A stretch of DNA of 58,124 bases from Sphingomonadaceae bacterium (lineage in GTDB: Bacteria; Pseudomonadota; Gammaproteobacteria; Burkholderiales; SG8-39), in contig JBLMWT010000060.1 in NCBI GenBank assembly GCA_050257375.1, positions 1 through 58,124 of the forward strand, read 5' to 3'. Shown in pieces: positions 1-6,258 of the stretch (position 1 is the first letter of the stretch; every line of letters starts with the position of its first letter). Made by a program: the position numbers and the translations under genes. The notes beneath the pieces are model-generated. The model saw nothing but the letters and a program-made list of their open reading frames with translations. It made no database searches and had not been told where the DNA came from.

Positions 1-2
1 TC

Positions 3-1841
3 GCCTTCGCCGCCGACGGCACGCCCTATTCGACGGCCTACGGCGACGTGTATCACAGCGCCGCGGGCGGCCCCGCGCAGTCGCGCCACGTGTTCCTCGC
101 CGGCAACGGCCTGCCCGGCCGCTGGGCCGGACGACCGGTGTTCACGGTGCTGGAAACCGGCTTCGGCCTGGGGCTCAATCTCCTCGTCACCTGGGCCGCG
201 TGGCGCGCCGACCCGCAGCGCTGCGCGCGGCTGCATTTCGTCTCGGTGGAAAAGCATCCGTTCCGCGGCGCGGATCTCGCGCGGCTGCACGCGCGCTACC
301 CCGAGCTCGCGCCGCTCGCCGCCGAGTTGCGCGCCGCCTGGCCCCTGCTCGTTCCCGGCCTGCACCGGCTCGAATTCGACGGCGGCCGCGTCGTGCTTAC
401 GCTCGCGTTCGCCGACCTGGGCGACGCGCTGCCGCAGCTGCGTCTCGCCGCGGACGCGATCTATCTGGACGGCTTCGCGCCGGCGAAGAACCCCGGGATG
501 TGGTCGCCGCAGGCGCTCAAGGCGCTCGCGCGCCGGGCGGCGCCGGGCGCGAGCGCCGCGACCTGGAGCGCCGCGGGCGCGGTGCGCAGCGCGCTCGAGC
601 AGGCGGGCTTCGAAGTCGAGAAGCGCGCGGGATTCGCCGCCAAGCGCGACATGCTGGTCGCGCGCTACGCGCCGCGCGGGGGGGCGGCGGCTCCGCCCGT
701 CGCGCCGCCCGAGCGCCGCGCGCTGGTGGTCGGCGCGGGCCTCGCCGGCGCGGCAACCTGTGAGCGCCTCGCCGCGCGCGGCTGGGAAGTGACGCTCGTC
801 GAGCGCCGGCGCGAACCGGCGCAGGAGGCCTCGGGCAACCACGCGGGCGTGTTCCACCCGGTGGCGACGCCCGACGACAGCGTGCTCGCGCGCCTGACGC
901 GCGCCGGCTCTCTGTACGCGCTCTCGCGCTGGCGCGCGCTCTCGAGCGCGGCCTGGGCGCCCTGCGGCGTGCTGCAGCTCGCGCGCGACGACGACGAGGA
1001 CGCGGCGCAGCAGCGCGCGCTCGACGCGCTCGGTGCTCCGCGCGAGTATGCGCGCCACGTGACGCGCGCGGAGGCGTCGGAGCTCGCCGGCGCCGAGGTG
1101 GCCAGCGGCGGACTGTGGTTCGGCCCGGCCGGATGGGCGCGCCCGCCCGACCTCGTGCGCGCGCAGATCGCCCATGCGGCGGCCGAGGCCTGCTTCGGCA
1201 TCGAGGTCGCCACGCTCGAGCGCGACGGCGAAACCTGGAGCGCGCGTGACGCGGCGGGCACCCTGATCGCGCGTGCGCCGGTGGTCGTGCTCGCGAACGC
1301 CGCCGACGCGCTGCGCCTCGCTCCCTCGCCGGACATCGCGTTACGCCGCGTGCGCGGCCAGCTGACCCATCTGCCCGCGGAACGCCTGCGCGCGCCGCGG
1401 CTGCCGCTGCTGCGCGGCGGATTCGTACTGCCGGAAGTCGACGGCCTCGTCGTCGCCGGCGCGAGCTACGACTTCGAGGACCCCGATCCCCAGCCGCGCG
1501 CCGAGGGGCATGCCGGCAACCTCGAGCGGCTCGAGCGCATCCTGCCGGGTGCGGCGCGCGGGCTCGATCCCGCGGCGCTCGACGGGCGCGTCGGCTTCCG
1601 CGCGGCGACGCGCGACCGTCTGCCGGTGGTCGGCGCGCTCGCGCCGGGCCTGTATGGCGCGTTCGCCTATGGATCGCGCGGACTGGTGTGGGCGGCGCTC
1701 GCCGCCGAGCTGCTGGCGAGCCTGCTCGAAGGCGAACCGCTGCCGCTTGAGGGAATGCTCGCCGACGCGCTCGATCCGGCGCGCTTTACGCGCCGCCGTT
1801 CATCTCGCCCCTCATCTCGCCCTTCAGCCGACGCGCCATGA
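3..1841 (+). CDS. mnmC: bifunctional tRNA mnm5s2U34 methyltransferase / FAD-dependent cmnm5s2U oxidoreductase MnmC (5' end cut by window edge)
   Basis: The frame of ORF 48..1841 stays open back to base 3 (AFAADGTPYSTAYGDVYHSAAGG). It has an N-terminal SAM-MTase part (LETGFGLGLN, DGFAPAKNPGMWS) followed by a DAO-type FAD domain (VVGAGLAGAA). Confidence 0.88.
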   Translation, partial: AFAADGTPYSTAYGDVYHSAAGGPAQSRHVFLAGNGLPGRWAGRPVFTVLETGFGLGLNLLVTWAAWRADPQRCARLHFVSVEKHPFRGADLARLHARYPELAPLAAELRAAWPLLVPGLHRLEFDGGRVVLTLAFADLGDALPQLRLAADAIYLDGFAPAKNPGMWSPQALKALARRAAPGASAATWSAAGAVRSALEQAGFEVEKRAGFAAKRDMLVARYAPRGGAAAPPVAPPERRALVVGAGLAGAATCERLAARGWEVTLVERRREPAQEASGNHAGVFHPVATPDDSVLARLTRAGSLYALSRWRALSSAAWAPCGVLQLARDDDEDAAQQRALDALGAPREYARHVTRAEASELAGAEVASGGLWFGPAGWARPPDLVRAQIAHAAAEACFGIEVATLERDGETWSARDAAGTLIARAPVVVLANAADALRLAPSPDIALRRVRGQLTHLPAERLRAPRLPLLRGGFVLPEVDGLVVAGASYDFEDPDPQPRAEGHAGNLERLERILPGAARGLDPAALDGRVGFRAATRDRLPVVGALAPGLYGAFAYGSRGLVWAALAAELLASLLEGEPLPLEGMLADALDPARFTRRRSSRPSSRPSADAP

Positions 1842-2607
1842 GGCGCGCGTAGAGCGCCGGCGCAAGGCGGCTGACCCACCACGCGAGGCGGGCGGTGCGA
1901 CCATGAAGCAGCAGGCGCTGTCCGCGGCGCGCTGCACGATAGATGTCCTCGGCCACCGCTTCGGGCGCCGCGCGAGCGCCGACGACCTGCTGCGCGTGGC
2001 GCGCGGGCGCGCCGTCCGCGCCGAGCGCGTTGCGGTCGATCCCGGTGGCGATGAACGCGGGGCATACCAGCAGCACGTCGACGCCGCTGTCGACCAGCTC
2101 GGTGCGCAGGCTGTCGAAGAAACCGTGCAGAGCGTGCTTGCTCGCCGCGTAGCCGGTGCGCGCGATCAGCGGCGAGAACCCGGCCACGCTCGAAATGGCC
2201 ACGATCAGGCCGCGGGTGCGCACGAGGTCGCCGAGCGCGGCGCGCGTGCAGTGAACTGCGCCGAAGAAATTGACCTCCATGACGCGCCGGATCACCGCCG
2301 GCTCGGTCGCCGCGTACGCGCTGCGGTGCGAGATGCCGGCGTTGTTGACCAGCACGTGCACCGGCCCGAGCTGCGCCGAGACGCGCGAAAGCGCCTGCTC
2401 GCACTGCCCGGCGTCGCTGACGTCGCAGGCCAGGCCGAGCGCGCCGCCGCCAATCCGCGCCGCGCCCTGCTCGGCGGCCGCCCCATCGCGATCGAGCAAC
2501 GCCACGCGCGCGCCGCCTGCGGCGAAGCGCGCGGCGAGCGCCTTCCCCAGCCCGCCGGCGGCGCCGGTCACGACGACGACCTTGTCGCGGAAGTCACGCC
2601 GCGCCAC
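1786..2607 (-). CDS. short-chain dehydrogenase/reductase (classical SDR)
   Basis: It has a GTG start and overlaps the upstream gene by 14 nt. Motifs seen are TGAAGGLG (cofactor binding), NNAGI and YAASK (catalytic Tyr-x3-Lys). Confidence 0.85.
   Translation of the reverse strand: MARRDFRDKVVVVTGAAGGLGKALAARFAAGGARVALLDRDGAAAEQGAARIGGGALGLACDVSDAGQCEQALSRVSAQLGPVHVLVNNAGISHRSAYAATEPAVIRRVMEVNFFGAVHCTRAALGDLVRTRGLIVAISSVAGFSPLIARTGYAASKHALHGFFDSLRTELVDSGVDVLLVCPAFIATGIDRNALGADGAPARHAQQVVGARAAPEAVAEDIYRAARRGQRLLLHGRTARLAWWVSRLAPALYARLMARRLKGEMRGEMNGGA
1799..1822. repeat. 12-bp tandem duplication (ttcatctcgccc / ctcatctcgccc, 11/12 identical)
   Basis: Read directly. It lies inside the 56-bp convergent overlap of the mnmC and SDR 3' ends and encodes SSRP-SSRP on + and GEMR-GEMN on -. 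Confidence 0.8.
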
Positions 2608-3547
2608 TGCGACTCCTCGCGCGACGGTAGAGATCGAAGGTCTCGGACGAAGTGAGGCGCGGCGTATAGCCGAAGACCTCTTTCAGGCGCCGGTTGTCGA
2701 GCACCGGCCGGTAGCGCAGAAAGCGCACCTGCTCGGGCCCGTACTGCGACAGTCCGAGCGGCTTCGCCAGCGCGAGCGCGCCGGCGATCGCCCAGGCAGG
2801 GAGCTCGACGCAGGGCTTGCCGAGGCGCGCAGCGATCTCGCGCATGGCGAGCGCGCCGTCGCCCGCGACGTTGAACACTCCCTCGCGTCCCTCCTCCAGC
2901 GCCAGGAGAAGACAGGCGACGACGTCCTGGTCCCAGGCGAACACGAACGGGCTGTCCGCTCCGCGCACCGCGATCAGGCGCGGCTTGTCGAACAGGTCGG
3001 TGATCTGGTTGCGTGTGGTCTCGCCCAGGATGGTGCCCACGCGCAGCACCACCTGCGCCATGCGCGGGTGCGCGGCGCGGTAGCCGGAGAGCATCTCCTC
3101 GACCAAGCGCTTGTGCCAGGCATAGGCGAACTCGCGGTTGCCGCGCAGCGGCTGGTCCTCGTCGATCAGCGGCGGGTTGTCGGCATGGTAGCCGTAGGCG
3201 GCGCCGCTCGAGGTGACGACGAACTTCGCCACGCCGGCCTCGACGCAGGCCTCGAGCACGTTCTTCGTCCCCAGCACGTCGACCGAATATTCGTGCTCGC
3301 GCGAGCTGCGCCTGCCCGGGGTGACGATCGAGGCGAGGTGCGCGACCGCGTCGACGCCGTGCGCGCGCATCACGTCGGCGAGCCCCGGGTCGCGCACGTC
3401 GCGCGCCAGGTATTCGACCCCCTTCAGGCGCGCGACGGCAGGCGGCCCGCGCAGGTCGAGCGCAAGCACCGGCCGCCCGCACCGTGCGAGCTCGGCGACC
3501 AGCAGCCTCCCGAGGTAGCCGCCGGCGCCGGTGACCAGGACCGTCAT
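2594..3547 (-). CDS. NAD-dependent epimerase/dehydratase-fold (extended SDR) protein
   Basis: The start MTVLVTGAGGYLG at 3547 is in frame with ORF 2594..4198 and forms an ATGA overlap with the upstream stop. It carries a GxxGxxG Rossmann motif and YAWHK (Y-x3-K). Confidence 0.85.
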   Translation of the reverse strand: MTVLVTGAGGYLGRLLVAELARCGRPVLALDLRGPPAVARLKGVEYLARDVRDPGLADVMRAHGVDAVAHLASIVTPGRRSSREHEYSVDVLGTKNVLEACVEAGVAKFVVTSSGAAYGYHADNPPLIDEDQPLRGNREFAYAWHKRLVEEMLSGYRAAHPRMAQVVLRVGTILGETTRNQITDLFDKPRLIAVRGADSPFVFAWDQDVVACLLLALEEGREGVFNVAGDGALAMREIAARLGKPCVELPAWAIAGALALAKPLGLSQYGPEQVRFLRYRPVLDNRRLKEVFGYTPRLTSSETFDLYRRARSRSGAA

Positions 3548-4455
3548 GCCGGAGCGAGCAAAGGCGGGCGGCGCGACCAGGTGCCCGCCACGGTCAACCC
3601 CGCGACGATGTGCCAGATCCCCCACCACGCCGTGACCACCGCCATCCCGCCCAGGCCGTCGAAGTAACCGAAGATCAGGATCAGGCCGAGCCCGGAGTTC
3701 TGGATCCCGCACTCGATCGAGACCGCGCGCCGATCGCGCTCGGGCAGTCCCGCGGCGCGCGCCAGGCCGTACCCGGTCGCGAGCGCGAGCGCGTTGTGCA
3801 CGAACACGATGCCGACCACCGTGCCGACGTAGGCGACGAAGTACTGCCAGTTGGCCGCGAGCGCCGCCAGCACGAACACGACGAAGAACCCGAGCGAGAA
3901 GACCTTGAACGGCTTCACCGCGCGCGCGGTGAAGCGCGGAAAGCGGCGCGAGACGAGCAGCCCCGCCGCGAGCGGCGCGCCGAGCAGCAGCAGCACGTGG
4001 GCGAACATCTCGAGGGGGTTGACCGAGACCGCGCGCAGGATCGGCTGCGCCGGCCCGTACAGGCCGCCCCAGAAGGCCACGTTGAGCGGCGTCATGACGA
4101 TCGCGGCGAGCGTCGACAACGTGCTGATCGACACCGACAGCGCGGTGTTGCCGCGCGCGAGATGAGTCAGGAAGTTCGAGATGTTGCCTGCCGGGCACGA
4201 CGACACCAGGATCATGCCGAGCGCGATGCTCGGGCGCGGCTCGAGCGCGAGCACCAGCAGATAGGTCGCGGCCGGAAACACCACGTGGTGGCCGAGCAGG
4301 CCGATCGCCAGCGCGCGCGGCGTGGCGAGCGCCGCCTTGAAGTCGGCGGGCTTGAGCTCGAGCGAAACGCCGAACATCACCAGCCCGAGGATCACGTTCA
4401 GCGCGAGCAGCGTCTGCGGGTTGAAGTTGAGCCGCACCAGGTCGATGTCGCTCAT
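3544..4455 (-). CDS. bile acid:sodium symporter (BASS/SBF, YocS-like) family transporter
   Basis: A 303-aa polytopic membrane protein. The N-terminus LNVILGLVMFGVSLELKPADF and the SSCPAGNISN segment are typical of the SBF family. Confidence 0.82.
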   Translation of the reverse strand: MSDIDLVRLNFNPQTLLALNVILGLVMFGVSLELKPADFKAALATPRALAIGLLGHHVVFPAATYLLVLALEPRPSIALGMILVSSCPAGNISNFLTHLARGNTALSVSISTLSTLAAIVMTPLNVAFWGGLYGPAQPILRAVSVNPLEMFAHVLLLLGAPLAAGLLVSRRFPRFTARAVKPFKVFSLGFFVVFVLAALAANWQYFVAYVGTVVGIVFVHNALALATGYGLARAAGLPERDRRAVSIECGIQNSGLGLILIFGYFDGLGGMAVVTAWWGIWHIVAGLTVAGTWSRRPPLLAPA

Positions 4456-4459
4456 GACG

Positions 4460-6214
4460 CTACTTCCCGGCGGGCTCCTCGTGCATTTTCTTGAAGTGCA
4501 GCAGTCCCGGCGCCCACATGTGCTTCACCGGATCGACGTCGACGTGGATCACCGCGCAGCGGCCCGCGGCCAGGCTGCGCTCGAGCGCCGGCCCGAGTTC
4601 GGCGGGATCGGCGACGCGCTCGCCGTGCGCGCCCATCGCCTCGGCCAGCTTGTCGAAAGCGATCTCGCCCAGGTCGGCCTTGATCGTCTCCTCGGGCCCG
4701 AGCGACTTCATGATCAACGTCTTGAGCGGCCGCAGCATGAACTGCTGGTTCATCTTCACCATGCCCCACTGCCGATCGCACAGCACCAGGTACACCACGC
4801 GCAGCCCGTTGCGGATCGCGGTCTCGATCTCCTGAGGATGAAATCCCATCGCGCCGTCGCCGATGATGCAGCACACCGGGCGCTCCGGGCGCGCGGCCGC
4901 CGCCCCGAGCGCCTGCGCGACGCCGGCGCCGAGCATGCCGAACTTGAAGGTCGATAGCAGCGTGTTCGGCACCCGCACCTGGTGGTAGAACATCGCCCAG
5001 ATCGCCGCGTTGCCGCCGTCGGCGACCAGTACCGCGTCGTCGCCGAACGCCTTCTGGCAGGCGTGCGCGACGTGCGCGGGATTCATTGGCGCGGCGCGGT
5101 CCTCGAGCCGTTTGTCGAGCTCGGCGCGCTCGGCGCGGCGCGCCACGGCGTACTTCGCGACCCTCGCCCTGCGCGGCTCGAGCCGCATCGCGGCGGACCG
5201 TGTTTCGAGGCGCTCGGCGAGCTGCGCGAGGAACACCTTCGCATCTGCGAGCACCGCCAGCGCAGCGGGCTTCGCTGCGCCGAGCGCGGCGCCGTCGACA
5301 TCGACCTGGATCATCTTTTGCCCCGCGGGCGGGCGCCAGTACGGCGCCTTGCCCCACCAGTCGGTCTCGCCCAGCCGCGAGCCCACGCACAGCACCACGT
5401 CGGCGTCGTTGCGCACCTCGTGGTTGAGCTTGACGTGGATCATCGGCACGCACAGCTCGGAAGTCTCGGGCAGCGCGCCGCGCGCGCCCCAGCTGGTGGT
5501 GACCGGCGCGTGCAGCAGCTCGGCCACCCGCGCGAGCTCCGCAAAAGCGCCGGCATGCACCACTCCGCTTCCCGCGTGGACCATCGGCGCCTCGGCCGCG
5601 GTCAGCATCTCGGCGGCGCGCTCGACGTCGCCGGGCGCCGGGTGCGGCGCGCTCGCACGGCGGTATTCGGACGGCGCCCACAGCGCCGGCTCGCCCTTGA
5701 ACGCGCCGTTCATGATGTTCTCCGGCACGTCGAGGTGGACCACGCCGGGACGCCCCTCCCAGCAGGCGCGCAATGCCGCGCGCATGAGCTCGGGAATGCG
5801 CTCGTAGGACGGGGCGGCGCGGCTCCACTTCGCGAACGCGGACACGACGCCGGACTGGTCGAAGCTCTGGTAGGCGCCGGGCCGCTCGGGATAACTCAAT
5901 CCGGTGCGGCGCGCGCTGCTCACGCACAGCACGCGGTTGCCCTCGGCCTGCTCGACCACCAGTCCGGGCAGCACGTTCGCCACCCCCGGGCCGTTCGACG
6001 CCATGCACACGCCGAGCTGGCCGGTCATTCGTGCGTACGCACCCGCCATGTGCGCTGCGCTGGTCTCGTGGCGCGGCGTGACGATATCGATGCCGAGCCG
6101 GTGCAGCGCCGCGTAGAAGCCGAAATAAGTGCCGTCGATGATGCCGAAGACCTTGGTGACGCCTTCGGCCTGCAGCATGCGCGCGATCAGCTCGCCGCCT
6201 GAATGTTCCGCCAT
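4460..6214 (-). CDS. thiamine-pyrophosphate-dependent enzyme (acetolactate synthase / oxalyl-CoA decarboxylase / 2-hydroxyacyl-CoA lyase superfamily; subfamily not assignable)
   Basis: The start MAEHSGGELIARMLQAEGV at 6214 is in frame with ORF 4460..7963. It has an N-terminal Pyr domain (PRHETSAAHMAGAYAR, SNGPGVANV) and a C-terminal GDGAM ThDP/Mg motif. Confidence 0.85.
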   Translation of the reverse strand: MAEHSGGELIARMLQAEGVTKVFGIIDGTYFGFYAALHRLGIDIVTPRHETSAAHMAGAYARMTGQLGVCMASNGPGVANVLPGLVVEQAEGNRVLCVSSARRTGLSYPERPGAYQSFDQSGVVSAFAKWSRAAPSYERIPELMRAALRACWEGRPGVVHLDVPENIMNGAFKGEPALWAPSEYRRASAPHPAPGDVERAAEMLTAAEAPMVHAGSGVVHAGAFAELARVAELLHAPVTTSWGARGALPETSELCVPMIHVKLNHEVRNDADVVLCVGSRLGETDWWGKAPYWRPPAGQKMIQVDVDGAALGAAKPAALAVLADAKVFLAQLAERLETRSAAMRLEPRRARVAKYAVARRAERAELDKRLEDRAAPMNPAHVAHACQKAFGDDAVLVADGGNAAIWAMFYHQVRVPNTLLSTFKFGMLGAGVAQALGAAAARPERPVCCIIGDGAMGFHPQEIETAIRNGLRVVYLVLCDRQWGMVKMNQQFMLRPLKTLIMKSLGPEETIKADLGEIAFDKLAEAMGAHGERVADPAELGPALERSLAAGRCAVIHVDVDPVKHMWAPGLLHFKKMHEEPAGK

Positions 6215-6232
6215 CCCTCTCCCCCTCCCCCC
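6215..6232 (-). promoter_or_regulatory. 18-nt homopurine tract GGGGGGAGGGGGAGAGGG abutting the ATG of the TPP-enzyme gene (extended Shine-Dalgarno)
   Basis: Read directly. The plus strand is an uninterrupted C/T run over 6215..6232. Confidence 0.6.
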
Positions 6233-6258
6233 GTCCTGCCGGGCCGCATTGTATAGGC

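Noticed and set aside
4460-6214. Naming the TPP enzyme specifically as acetolactate synthase, sulfoacetaldehyde acetyltransferase (Xsc) or 2-hydroxyacyl-CoA lyase.
   Set aside because: Only superfamily-level motifs are visible by eye. There is no small-subunit ilvN/ilvH partner, no sulfonate genes and no diagnostic residues I can verify. It is therefore left at superfamily level.
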